Notes under the pieces: model-generated | The model's database searches: none | What the model saw: the letters and a program-made list of their open reading frames with translations, nothing else | What the model was told of the DNA's origin: nothing | In this document: piece after piece, positions 36,753-46,635 of the stretch | Layout: every line of letters starts with the position of its first letter | Numbering within the stretch: position 1 is the stretch's first letter | Position numbers and translations under genes: made by a program | Assembly (NCBI GenBank): GCA_964477935.1 | Contig: CAYZFX010000011.1 | Coordinates: forward strand, 3,277 to 67,276 | Reading direction: 5' to 3' | Origin: an uncultured Syntrophorhabdus sp. | GTDB lineage: Bacteria > Desulfobacterota > BSN033 > UBA1163 | Length of the DNA: 64,000 nt

Positions 36753-39239
36753 ATGGCAAATCGACCCTACGTAGAGGTGCCCGTGGAGAAGTTGCGCTGG
36801 CGATGCGATCCCAACCTCTTTCCTTTCGAGACCACTGACGGCATCGAACCCTGTCACGAGATCATCGGCCAGGAAAGGGCTCTCGAGGCCATCCGGCTGG
36901 GACTGGGGATCGACAGCATCGGATACAATATCTTCATCACCGGCTTGGCCGGGACGGGCCGTTTCACGACGATCAAAGCGGTCTTGGAAGAGATGAAGGT
37001 GAAGGGGAAGATCCCCAACGACATCTGTTACGTGAACAACTTCAAGAACCCCGATATGCCCCACATGCTCAGCCTGCCCGCAGGTCAGGGAAACAACTTC
37101 AAGAGGGAGATGGAGACGCTCATCGAGACGCTCAAAAAGAAGATCCCCCTCATCTTTGAGAACGAAAACTATCTCAACAAGAAGAAGGAGCTGGTCGAGG
37201 GGTTTCGAAATCGACAGGCCGAGATGTTTCGGGAATTTGAGAAGAGGGTCAACCGGGAAGGATTCACCCTCGTCCAGATCCAGGTAGGTCCTTATTCTCG
37301 TCCGGGCATCTTCCCTGTGGTGGAAGGCAATCCGGTCAATATCGAGCAGCTGGAGGCGATGGCCGAGGAGGATAAGTTTTCGAAAGAGGAGCTCGAGCGG
37401 CTCAAGGCGAAACAGGCCGAGCTGATCAATTCCCTGGAGGAGATCTTCAAAGAGACTCGAAAGTCGGAGAAGTCCATCCGGGATGAATTGGCCGCGCTGG
37501 ATCAGGAGGTGATCGCCCCAGTGGTCAGGGACTCCATTGCAGACATCAAAGAGAAGTTTAATGACGAGAAGGTCCATCAATATCTCGATGAGGTTCAGGA
37601 GGATATCATCGCCAATTTCCAACGCTTCCGAGAGAAGGAGGAGGCGCCTCCCACGCCCCTACCCGGGATGGTGCTACCTCCACTGGTGGACACCTTTACC
37701 GAATATCAGGTCAATGTCCTGGTGGACAACTCCGGGACCAAAGGGGTGCCCATCATCGTGGAGATGACGCCCAACTACCGCAACCTCTTCGGGACCATTG
37801 AGAGGGTGGTGGATCGCACCGGTGTCTGGAGGACGGACTTCACCCATATCAAGGCTGGGTCCTTTCTGAGGGCCAACGGAGGGTACCTGATCTTCAATGC
37901 GCTGGACGCGCTGGTGGAACCCGGGGTCTGGCCCGCCTTGAAGCGGACCCTCAAGAACCAGGTGATGGAAGTCCAGACCTATGATCCCTTCTACTTTTTT
38001 TCGACGACCGCGCTCAAGCCCGAACCGATCGAGTGCAATACCAAGGTGATCATGATCGGCGATGTTTATCTCTATCACCTCCTCTACAATCTGGACGATG
38101 ATTTCAAGAAGATCTTCAAGATCAAGGCCGACTTCGACACCCTCACCCACAGGGACCAGGAGAAGGTCCTTCAGTATGCCTCGTTCATCCGGAAGATCTG
38201 CGACGAGGAGAAGTTGAGGCCCTTCGATCGAACGGGGATCGCTGCCGTGGTCGAGTACGGGGTGAGGATTGCCGGAAGGCAGAAGAAGCTCTCCACCCGA
38301 TTTCACCTCATTGCTGACCTCCTGAGGGAGGCCAATTACTGGGCCGAGAAGGAGGGCTCTCCGGTGGTCAAGGAGGCCCATGTGGACAAGGCCATCGAGA
38401 AGAAGATCTACCGCCTCAACCTGATCGAGGAGAAGATCCAGGAGATGATCGAGGAGGGGCTGATCCTTCTCGATTCCGACGGCATGGTCGTGGGGCAGGT
38501 CAACGGCCTCTCCATCTATAATTTAGGGGATTATGCCTTCGGGAAGCCCTCCCGGATCACGGTCAAAACCTCCCTTGGGAAAGCCGGTATCATCAACATC
38601 GAGAGGGAGGTCGAGTTGAGCGGCCCCATCCACAACAAAGGGGTCTACATCCTCGCGGGATATCTCAGGGATCGCTACGCCCAGGACAAGCCCATCACGA
38701 TGAGCGCCAGCATCTGCTTTGAACAGTCCTATAGCGGCGTGGAAGGGGATAGCGCTTCCTCCACGGAACTCTACGCCCTTCTCTCCAGCCTCTCCGGCCT
38801 GCCGCTGAGGCAGGACATCGCAGTGACGGGCTCGGTCAACCAGAAGGGAGAGATTCAGCCCATCGGCGGTGTGAACGAGAAGATCGAGGGGTTCTTCGAT
38901 GTCTGCAAGGCGAAGGGGCTGACGGGCAGGCAGGGGGTGTTGATCCCCCACCTGAACGTCGATGACCTCATGCTCAGGAAGGATGTGGTGGAGGCTGTCC
39001 GGGAAGGAAAGTTCCACATCTACCCAGTGAGGACGATCGACGAAGGGATCGAGATCCTCACCGGTGTGGAGGCGGGGGAACGGTTGGAAAACGGGAAATT
39101 CAAAGAGGGAACAGTCAACGATCTCGTGGACAAGAAACTTGCGGAGCTGGGGAGAAGGATCAAAGAGTACGAAGGAGGGGGAGGAGAAGAGGCCCCGGAG
39201 AAGAAGAAAAAGAAGGGAAGGACCTCCTGCAGGGGTTAA
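36753..39239 (+). CDS. Lon-family (S16) protease, LonC/LonB-like with degenerate Walker A
   Basis: GQERA, YNIF..GLAGTGRFT, ANGGYLI, GQVNGL, EGDSAS catalytic Ser and GGVNEKIEGF catalytic Lys. Confidence 0.93.
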   Translation: MANRPYVEVPVEKLRWRCDPNLFPFETTDGIEPCHEIIGQERALEAIRLGLGIDSIGYNIFITGLAGTGRFTTIKAVLEEMKVKGKIPNDICYVNNFKNPDMPHMLSLPAGQGNNFKREMETLIETLKKKIPLIFENENYLNKKKELVEGFRNRQAEMFREFEKRVNREGFTLVQIQVGPYSRPGIFPVVEGNPVNIEQLEAMAEEDKFSKEELERLKAKQAELINSLEEIFKETRKSEKSIRDELAALDQEVIAPVVRDSIADIKEKFNDEKVHQYLDEVQEDIIANFQRFREKEEAPPTPLPGMVLPPLVDTFTEYQVNVLVDNSGTKGVPIIVEMTPNYRNLFGTIERVVDRTGVWRTDFTHIKAGSFLRANGGYLIFNALDALVEPGVWPALKRTLKNQVMEVQTYDPFYFFSTTALKPEPIECNTKVIMIGDVYLYHLLYNLDDDFKKIFKIKADFDTLTHRDQEKVLQYASFIRKICDEEKLRPFDRTGIAAVVEYGVRIAGRQKKLSTRFHLIADLLREANYWAEKEGSPVVKEAHVDKAIEKKIYRLNLIEEKIQEMIEEGLILLDSDGMVVGQVNGLSIYNLGDYAFGKPSRITVKTSLGKAGIINIEREVELSGPIHNKGVYILAGYLRDRYAQDKPITMSASICFEQSYSGVEGDSASSTELYALLSSLSGLPLRQDIAVTGSVNQKGEIQPIGGVNEKIEGFFDVCKAKGLTGRQGVLIPHLNVDDLMLRKDVVEAVREGKFHIYPVRTIDEGIEILTGVEAGERLENGKFKEGTVNDLVDKKLAELGRRIKEYEGGGGEEAPEKKKKKGRTSCRG

Positions 39240-39260
39240 GACCCAACTGTTAGGGACGAA

Positions 39261-40043
39261 ATGGATCGAATCGCTCTCAACGAGAAGCTGGAGATCGGGA
39301 AGGAAGTGTTGGTTGAAGGGCCTCCGCTGGAGGCCCTTCACTTTCAGAAGGTTCGGGTGGGGAGCCTCATCACCCTGACCGATGTCGAGGGGAGGGATTT
39401 TCGAGGCCGGGTGCTTCGATGTTCAGGCGAACAGGCCGCGGTCCTCCTCTTCGAGGTCTATCCCACGCCCACAGAGTCTCCCCTCGAGATCGTCCTCCTC
39501 CAGGCCCTGCCGGACAAGGAACGGATGGAATGGATCATCCAGAAGGCCACCGAACTGGGGGTGGCCGCTATTGTGCCTTTTAAATCCCAGAAATCGATTT
39601 CTCTCGAAGAGCGAGAGGCTAAACAGAGAAAGGCCCATCGCTGGCCGGAGATCGCCCTGAAGGCCGTTGAGCAGTCGCGGAGGGCGAAGGTGCCGAAGAT
39701 CGAGGCGTATCGCTCCTTCGAGGAGGCCCTGGGCTACAGCCGTGGAGCAGGGCTCAAGATTCTCCTGTGGGAGAAGGGAGGAAGGCCGTTGAAAGAGCTC
39801 TTCAAAGGCGGGGAGGAATCACCTCTTCGTCCTGAGCGGGCCTACCTCATGGTCGGGCCGGAAGGAGGATTCACGGAAGGGGAAGTGGAACGGGCCAGGC
39901 AGCACGGGTTCCTTCCGGTAAAACTGGGCCAGCGTATTCTCAGAACAGAAACGGCCTCCCTGACGCTGATCGGGATCCTCCAGTATGAATGGGGCGATCT
40001 GGGCCTCGGGGGTGACCCAAAGGCTGAGGGACCTTTCATTTGA
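39261..40043 (+). CDS. rsmE: 16S rRNA m3U1498 methyltransferase
   Basis: QKATELGV, EQSRR, VGPEGGF and LGQRILRTETA motifs. Confidence 0.95.
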   Translation: MDRIALNEKLEIGKEVLVEGPPLEALHFQKVRVGSLITLTDVEGRDFRGRVLRCSGEQAAVLLFEVYPTPTESPLEIVLLQALPDKERMEWIIQKATELGVAAIVPFKSQKSISLEEREAKQRKAHRWPEIALKAVEQSRRAKVPKIEAYRSFEEALGYSRGAGLKILLWEKGGRPLKELFKGGEESPLRPERAYLMVGPEGGFTEGEVERARQHGFLPVKLGQRILRTETASLTLIGILQYEWGDLGLGGDPKAEGPFI

Positions 40044-40115
40044 ACCCATGATCGGCATCCTACCATAAAAAAGGCTATAATTAGAAAAATTGCCTTGTTT
40101 CGAGAGGAAGAACCC

Positions 40116-41765
40116 ATGAAGGATTTACCCCCCAACCTGGCCGATTACGAGGAGACCTACCGGACATTCAAGTGGGAGATACCCGAATATTACAACTTCG
40201 GGTTTGACGGGATCGACCGGTGGGCGGAAGACCGGACCAAGCTGGCCCTGATCTCGGTTGATGACACCGGGTTGAATGCGGTGAAACATACCTTCTATGA
40301 TCTGATGAGGCTCTCCAATCAGTTCGCCAACGTCCTCCTCCGGATCGGGATCAAAAAGGGAGACCGGGTCCTCCTGATGCTTCCGAGGATCCCGGAATGG
40401 TATGTGGCCATGATGGGGATGATCAAATTGGGCGTGATCCCGATGCCCACCTCTGTCCTGGTGACGCCAGCCGATGTGAAGTTCAGGGTGAACCAGGCGG
40501 AGGCCGTCCTCGCCATCACCACGCTGGAGCATGTGACCAAGGTAGCGGAGGTTCAGCGCGAGTGTCCATCCCTTCAGTCCTTCATCGTCGTGGGAGGCCG
40601 ATGTCATGGGTGGATCGGATATGAGGAGGCGATGCATTCGGCCTCTCCGAAGCTCGACCAGAAGGACGTTGGCAGGACCCGGAGCACCGATCCCCTGCTC
40701 ATCTTCTTCACGTCGGGGACGGAATCCTATCCCAAGATGGTCCTACATACCCACGCCTATCCTCTCGCCCATATCGTGACGGCGAAGTATGTGGACGATC
40801 TCAGACCGACCGACCTCCACATGGCCGTGGCGGATACCGGCTGGGCCAAGACGGCCTTCGGAAAACTCTTCGGCCAGTGGATCTGCGGTGCGACCGTGCT
40901 TCAAAGAAATCCGATCGGAGGATTCAACCCGAAGATCTCTCTGAGTGTGATCGAGCGGTTCGGGGTCACCACCTTCTGCGCCTCACCAGGGGTTTACCGG
41001 ATGCTCATCCAGGAGGACCTCAGAAGTTACGACCTCCAGAACCTCCGGATGAGCCTCTCCGCAGGGGAGCCGTTGACCCCTGAGATCGTGAAGGCGTGGA
41101 AGGAGGGGACAGGGCTGGACATCTACGAATTTTACGGACAGTCGGAGACCGTGGCCCTTCTGGCCAACTTCCGATGCAAGCCGATCCGCTACGGATCCAT
41201 CGGTCTTCCAACCCCTGGTCATACGATGGCCGTCGTCGATGAGGAGGGAAGGGAGCTGCCTCCGCTTACAGAAGGTTATGTCGCCCTGAAGGTGAAACCC
41301 GAGAGGCCACCGGGATTGATGAGAGAGTACTGGAGAAATCCAGAGGCCATGCGTAAGGCCTTTCGAGGCGACTGGTATTTCACCGGTGATAAGGCCTACC
41401 GGGACGAAGAGGGGTATTTCTGGTTCGTCGGAAGGGAGAAGGAGCTGATTAAAACGGCAACCCAGACCATTGCCCCCCTCGAAATAGAGAAGATCATCCT
41501 CGAACATCCCTCTGTAATGGAGGCAGCAGTCGTCGGGATACCCGACGAGAAGGAGAAGGAGGTGATCACGGCCTTCGTCGTTCTCAAGGCCTCGACGAAG
41601 CCTTCGGAAAAAGTATCGCGGGAGATTCTCGACTACCTCGGCGAGAGATTAGATCCTCAAAAATGCCCCCGGAGGATAAGATTTTTGAGGGAGTTGCCCA
41701 AGACGACCACAGGAAAGATCCGGAGGGCAGAGCTGAAGAGCAGGGAGATCGGAGGAGGTATCTGA
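40116..41765 (+). CDS. Medium-chain acyl-CoA synthetase (ACSM/AcsA-like)
   Basis: YNFGFD, FTSGT...PKMVLH, DTGWAK, YGQSE, TGD and LPKTTTGKIRR. Start set at ATG 40116. Confidence 0.9.
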   Translation: MKDLPPNLADYEETYRTFKWEIPEYYNFGFDGIDRWAEDRTKLALISVDDTGLNAVKHTFYDLMRLSNQFANVLLRIGIKKGDRVLLMLPRIPEWYVAMMGMIKLGVIPMPTSVLVTPADVKFRVNQAEAVLAITTLEHVTKVAEVQRECPSLQSFIVVGGRCHGWIGYEEAMHSASPKLDQKDVGRTRSTDPLLIFFTSGTESYPKMVLHTHAYPLAHIVTAKYVDDLRPTDLHMAVADTGWAKTAFGKLFGQWICGATVLQRNPIGGFNPKISLSVIERFGVTTFCASPGVYRMLIQEDLRSYDLQNLRMSLSAGEPLTPEIVKAWKEGTGLDIYEFYGQSETVALLANFRCKPIRYGSIGLPTPGHTMAVVDEEGRELPPLTEGYVALKVKPERPPGLMREYWRNPEAMRKAFRGDWYFTGDKAYRDEEGYFWFVGREKELIKTATQTIAPLEIEKIILEHPSVMEAAVVGIPDEKEKEVITAFVVLKASTKPSEKVSREILDYLGERLDPQKCPRRIRFLRELPKTTTGKIRRAELKSREIGGGI

Positions 41766-41812
41766 AGGGGTTCATCCTTCAAAGAATCTATGTTTAACAG
41801 GAGGGAATCGAC

Positions 41813-43135
41813 ATGAAGGAGATCGAGAAGGGATTGAGCCGAAGGGATTTTCTCAAAAAGACGGCCATGGGTACGGCGGTCCTCGGTTTGGGAGGGCTGG
41901 CAGGGAAGAGGATTTATGCCCAGGCGAGGGCCCCCATCAAGATCGGGGTGGCCATCTCCCTGACCGGGGCCTGGGCGCGCGAGGGAGAGCTGGAGATGGG
42001 CGGCTATAAACTCTGGGGCAAGGTGATCAACGAAAGGGGATGCACATTCGGTGAGGTGGAGAAGCTGGGCTGTCCAGGACCAGGACTTCTCGGCAGGCAG
42101 GTCGAATTCGTCGTCTATGACGACAAGAGCGATCCGAGCGAGGCCATCAAATTGATTCGGAGACTGGTCGTCTCCGACAAGGTCGATCTGATCCTCGGGC
42201 CTTACGGAAGCGCGGTCTCCAATGCCATCGCACCCCTGGCCGAGGATTATAAGATCCCCATCATCACGCCCCTGGCCAATGCACCGGTCATTTGGGAGGG
42301 TAAAAGGCGGGAGTGGTTCGTGGGCGTCCTTCCCCCTGCCTGGAGGAATCTCTTCGGTTGCCTCCAGATCGGCAAGGAGAAGGGAGCGAAGACCGTGGCC
42401 TTCATCTATTCCGATACCGCCTTCCCTATCGGTGCCACCCGTCCCCTTGTGGCACGGGCAAAGGAGATGGGAATGCAGGTGGTGCTCGACGAGGCCTATC
42501 CCAAAGAGACCGCGGACTGGGAACCGATCATGTCGAAGGCGTGGTCCCAGAGGCCCGATCTGATCCTGGGAGGCGGATATCTACCGGATTCAATCGGGCT
42601 GGTCAAGGCGGCCAAGGCGGTCAATGCCACACCGAAACTCTTCGGATTTCTCGTGGGCCCCGCCATTGCCGACTTTGCGAAATCGCTCAAGGGAGATGCC
42701 CAGTACATAACCGGCGAGACCTTCTGGGAACCCTTTGTCAAGACGCCGGGGAACATTGAATTCTATCAGGCCTATTTGAAGGAGTATAAGAGCGAACCCT
42801 CCTATCACGCCGCTGCTGGATTTGCAGCGGGCCAGATCCTGGAACGGGCGGTCAAGGAGGTCGGCAACATCGAAGACAAGAAGGCCCTGAGGGACAAGCT
42901 CTATTCGATCAAGACGACGACCATCTTTGGCGAATATGAGGTTAACCCCCTTGGCCATCCCGATTCAGGCTGGCAGATCGGGAAGACGACCAACCTCATT
43001 CAGTGGCAGAAGGCCGATCCCAGAAAACTCCTCCCCCATCAGGTGGCCATCGAGGGGATGGCGAAGCAGATCGTCTTTCCAGCCGGGGCCAGGACCGCTG
43101 AGGTCATCTACCCCTTCCCGGGATGGGGGAAGTAG
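41813..43135 (+). CDS. ABC transporter substrate-binding protein (Liv/HAAT type) with Tat signal
   Basis: SRRDFLK twin-arginine signal; IKIG..ISLTG, YDDKSDP, ILGPYGS and YHAAAGFAA motifs. Confidence 0.92.
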   Translation: MKEIEKGLSRRDFLKKTAMGTAVLGLGGLAGKRIYAQARAPIKIGVAISLTGAWAREGELEMGGYKLWGKVINERGCTFGEVEKLGCPGPGLLGRQVEFVVYDDKSDPSEAIKLIRRLVVSDKVDLILGPYGSAVSNAIAPLAEDYKIPIITPLANAPVIWEGKRREWFVGVLPPAWRNLFGCLQIGKEKGAKTVAFIYSDTAFPIGATRPLVARAKEMGMQVVLDEAYPKETADWEPIMSKAWSQRPDLILGGGYLPDSIGLVKAAKAVNATPKLFGFLVGPAIADFAKSLKGDAQYITGETFWEPFVKTPGNIEFYQAYLKEYKSEPSYHAAAGFAAGQILERAVKEVGNIEDKKALRDKLYSIKTTTIFGEYEVNPLGHPDSGWQIGKTTNLIQWQKADPRKLLPHQVAIEGMAKQIVFPAGARTAEVIYPFPGWGK

Positions 43136-43147
43136 AACCTTGTCGCC

Positions 43148-43999
43148 ATGATGAACCTGCTCGAGATTCTCCTTCGGGGGGTGATGTTGGGATCCCTCTA
43201 TGCCCTGGTCGGGATGGGGCTTACGCTCGTCTGGGGCGTGGTCGGGATCGTGAACATCGCCCATGGCGAATTCGTCATGCTTGGGGCCTATCTTGCCTTC
43301 TGGTCATTCAGCCTGCTTCACCTGAACCCCCTGCTTTCGGTGATCCTGGCCATCCCGATCTTCTTCTTCGGAGGCTCGGTGATCCATAGGCGAATCACCG
43401 AGCGATTGACCCGGGCGCCTGAGCTTTCGGCATTGATTCTGACCTTCGGCATGTCCATCTTCATCTGGAACCTGGCCCAGTTCTTCTGGACCAACACCTA
43501 TCGATCGGTGCCCTATCTGACGGGCAATTTCTCTCTTTTCGGAATGGTCCTGGCCAAGAGTAAGGCGGTCTCCTTCCTTCTCTCCGTGATCCTGACAGGC
43601 GCTCTCTTCGCCTTTCTGAGATATTCGAAGATGGGAAAGGGCATCCGGGCTACCTCCCAGAATCCGGAGGTGGCCCTGGTCTGCGGGATCGATACAACGA
43701 AGATGAGGGCTTTCACCTTCGGGATGGGGATCGCCCTGGCAGGGGCTGCTGGAGCCATCGTCAGCCTCCAGTGGGTGATCTTTCCGCAGATGGGAACGAG
43801 TTATGTCTCCAAGGCCTTTGCCATCGTGGTGCTTGGGGGCCTGGGACATATCCAGGGCGCCCTGGCCGGCGGACTGATCATCGGGATCTTGGAGAGCCTG
43901 GTGACCCAGTATTGGAGCGCCAAGATGGCCCAGATCATCCCCTCGGTCACCATCCTCCTCATTCTCCTGTTCAGGCCCACGGGACTGTTTAAGAGGTGA
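43148..43999 (+). CDS. livH: HAAT-family ABC permease (LivH-like)
   Basis: G..LGSLYAL.G.GLTL.WG..GIVNIAHGE, GKGIRA and AFAIVVLGGLG motifs. Confidence 0.92.
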   Translation: MMNLLEILLRGVMLGSLYALVGMGLTLVWGVVGIVNIAHGEFVMLGAYLAFWSFSLLHLNPLLSVILAIPIFFFGGSVIHRRITERLTRAPELSALILTFGMSIFIWNLAQFFWTNTYRSVPYLTGNFSLFGMVLAKSKAVSFLLSVILTGALFAFLRYSKMGKGIRATSQNPEVALVCGIDTTKMRAFTFGMGIALAGAAGAIVSLQWVIFPQMGTSYVSKAFAIVVLGGLGHIQGALAGGLIIGILESLVTQYWSAKMAQIIPSVTILLILLFRPTGLFKR

Positions 44000-44015
44000 G
44001 GTCGCGACCGTAGGT

Positions 44016-44963
44016 ATGATACATTTTTTACAGAGGCATCGACTCTTCATGGGGATCGGCCTCGTTCTGGCCTTTCTCGTGTCCATCCCCTTCTTTGCCA
44101 CGGACTACTGGATGACCCTTCTGGTGGTCATCCTCATCTTCTCGGTCTATGCCTCTGGGTGGAACCTCTTTTCAGGTTTAACCGGGTACACCAATCTGGG
44201 GCTTGCCTGGTTCATCGGGGTGAGCGGTTATGTGAGCAGCCTCCTCATCGCCGATTATAAATTCTTCTGGCTTCTCGCCTGGCCCATAGGCGCCCTCTTC
44301 GTCAGCCTCGTCTCCATCGGCGTGGGTTACATCCTTTTGAGGATCAAAGGGGTCTATTTCGCCATCTCGATGGTGGCATTGACCGAGGGGACCCGGGAGC
44401 TCTTCGGGACGGAGTATCTCGAACCCATCACCCATGGAGGAAAGGGCGTCCCCTTTGTTGCGGGCGCAAGCCTCTCAGCGCTCTACTGGTCCGCGCTTTT
44501 GCTGGCCTTCGGCACGATCCTGATCTGTTATCGGGTGACCTCTTCCAAATTCGGGCTTCGGCTGATGGCCATCCGGGAGGATGAGCAGGCCGCCGAGACG
44601 CTGGGGATTCATACGACTCGGGAGAAGATCGTCGCCTTCTCTCTCAGTGCCTTTTTGACCGGGCTGGCCGGGGCGATCCATTTCACCTATCAGAACTACA
44701 TTGATCCCTCCTTCGGGTTCACCATTCACCTCACGCTCACCCCCATCGTGATGACCCTCTTCGGAGGGGTCGGGACCGTCTTCGGTCCGGTGATCGGAGC
44801 GACGCTCTTTACCTTCATCCATGAGGTCCTTTGGGCGGAGCTGACCCTGCTCTACATGGCGATCTTTGGACTGATCCTCATGGTTTTGATCCTCTTCTTT
44901 CCGCAAGGCCTTCTGGGATGGATGAAGGAGAGGGGGGTGCTCCCGAGGAGCAGGAAGATATAG
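44016..44963 (+). CDS. livM: HAAT-family ABC permease (LivM-like)
   Basis: GWNLFSG.TGY, LRIKGVYFAI, AIREDE.AA.TLG and GGVGT.FGP motifs. Confidence 0.92.
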   Translation: MIHFLQRHRLFMGIGLVLAFLVSIPFFATDYWMTLLVVILIFSVYASGWNLFSGLTGYTNLGLAWFIGVSGYVSSLLIADYKFFWLLAWPIGALFVSLVSIGVGYILLRIKGVYFAISMVALTEGTRELFGTEYLEPITHGGKGVPFVAGASLSALYWSALLLAFGTILICYRVTSSKFGLRLMAIREDEQAAETLGIHTTREKIVAFSLSAFLTGLAGAIHFTYQNYIDPSFGFTIHLTLTPIVMTLFGGVGTVFGPVIGATLFTFIHEVLWAELTLLYMAIFGLILMVLILFFPQGLLGWMKERGVLPRSRKI

Positions 44964-45009
44964 AGAGAGACGCCAACCACCTGTGGCCACACATTCGGGA
45001 CCCAAACGG

Positions 45010-45720
45010 ATGCAACACGAACCCCTTTTGAGAATCGACAGGGTGGTGAAGAAGTTCGGGGAGGTGATCGCCCTCGACCATTGCTCCTTCGAGATCGAAC
45101 AGGGGTCGATCACCGGTTTGATCGGCCCAAACGGCGCTGGCAAGACGACCCTCTTCAACCTGATCACGGGGGTGATCCAGCCGGACTCCGGCCATATCTT
45201 TTTCAAAGGGGAGGAGATCACCGGGAGAAAACCCTATGAGATTGCGAGAAGGGGAATCGGCCGGACCTATCAGATTGTTCGGATCTTTCCGAAGATGACC
45301 CTTCTCGAGAACCTCTTCGTCGTGGGAAAGGGGACGAAGCGGGCTGTGACGGAGAAGGCCTTGGCCCTCCTTGAGCTGGTCCGGCTCTCCGAGAAGAAGG
45401 ACGACTATGCCTCCGATCTCTCCTTCGGCCAGCAGAAACTCCTCTCCTTGGCTCAGGTTCTGATGCTCGATGCGGAGCTCATTCTCCTGGATGAACCCGC
45501 TGCCGGGATCAACCCCTCCCTCCAGAACGAACTGTTGGCCTTGATCCATCGACTCAACCGGGAGGGGAAGACCTTCATCATCGTGGAGCATGATATGAAT
45601 GTCATCATGAACCATTGTCAGAGGGTGATCGCCCTAAACTACGGACAGAAGATCGCGGAAGGGAGCTGTCAACTCCTTCAACAGGACGAAAGGTTGTTAG
45701 AACATTACTTCGGGAGATGA
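45010..45720 (+). CDS. livG: HAAT-family ABC ATPase (LivG-like)
   Basis: GPNGAGKTT, LSFGQ, LLDEPAAG and VEHDM motifs. Confidence 0.93.
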   Translation: MQHEPLLRIDRVVKKFGEVIALDHCSFEIEQGSITGLIGPNGAGKTTLFNLITGVIQPDSGHIFFKGEEITGRKPYEIARRGIGRTYQIVRIFPKMTLLENLFVVGKGTKRAVTEKALALLELVRLSEKKDDYASDLSFGQQKLLSLAQVLMLDAELILLDEPAAGINPSLQNELLALIHRLNREGKTFIIVEHDMNVIMNHCQRVIALNYGQKIAEGSCQLLQQDERLLEHYFGR

Positions 45721-46445
45721 TCGAGAGAGAGAAAGATCCCATTTTACGCATCGAGGCGCTCGTGGCGGGATATGGAAAGATGGAGGTCCTCCACGGGGTC
45801 TCGCTTTCGGTAGGGAGCGGAGAGATCGTCGGCCTGATCGGGCCAAACGGCGCAGGCAAATCGACCGTGCTCAAAACGGCCGCCGGTCTCTTACAGGCGA
45901 GGTCGGGGAGGGTTCTCTTCAAGGGGGAAGAGGTGACCCATCTTCCTCCCTATCAGATCGTCGAGAAGGGAATGGCCTTCAACCCTCAGGGCCGGGTCGT
46001 CTTTCCCTATATGACCGTCCAGGAGCATCTCGAGATGGGTGCCTGGACCATCAGAAATAAAGAGACGAGAGAAAGGGCCTTCGAACAGGTCTATCACCTC
46101 TTCCCCTGGTTGAAAGAGATGAGGAGGAGGAAGGCCGCCCAGATGAGCGGAGGAGAACAGCAGATGCTCTCCCTGGCAAGGGCCATGGTGATCCAGCCCG
46201 TCCTGCTTCTGCTCGATGAGCCCTCCCTGGGGCTTTCGCCCAAATGGGTCAAGACCGTCTTTGAAAAGATCGTCGAGATTAAAGACTCCGGGGTCCCCTG
46301 CCTCATCGTGGAGCAGAAGGCTGCCATGATCCTGGAATATTCGGATTATGCCTATGTCCTCGAGATGGGAAAGAACCGATTTGAGGGAAAGGGGAGGGAC
46401 CTCCTCGAAAACCCCGAGGTGCGGCGCCTCTATTTAGGGGGGTAG
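45717..46445 (+). CDS. livF: HAAT-family ABC ATPase (LivF-like)
   Basis: GPNGAGKST, MSGGEQQML, DEPSLGL, VEQ and YLGG; ATGA overlap with livG fixes the start at 45717. Confidence 0.94.
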   Translation: MIEREKDPILRIEALVAGYGKMEVLHGVSLSVGSGEIVGLIGPNGAGKSTVLKTAAGLLQARSGRVLFKGEEVTHLPPYQIVEKGMAFNPQGRVVFPYMTVQEHLEMGAWTIRNKETRERAFEQVYHLFPWLKEMRRRKAAQMSGGEQQMLSLARAMVIQPVLLLLDEPSLGLSPKWVKTVFEKIVEIKDSGVPCLIVEQKAAMILEYSDYAYVLEMGKNRFEGKGRDLLENPEVRRLYLGG

Positions 46446-46635
46446 GAGGCCTCGGTCACGTTTAAAGGGCGGTTGAAGTTGATCTCCCACCCCTTCTTCA
46501 CGTTTTCTGAATGATCCCAGGCGTTGGAGGTATAGGGAAGGACCTCCCGCCGAAGGAGGATTTTCAATAACTGGGTATTTTCCAAAAATATCAAAAACCG
46601 ACAGGGGGCAATTGGAGAGGAAGGGCAAGGGTCAG

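Noticed and set aside
46434-46628. Small minus-strand ORFs between livF and the TPR-GH153 gene (64 aa in the track; a 54-aa TTG-start alternative frame)
   Set aside because: No SD and no recognisable motif; they overlap the livF end.
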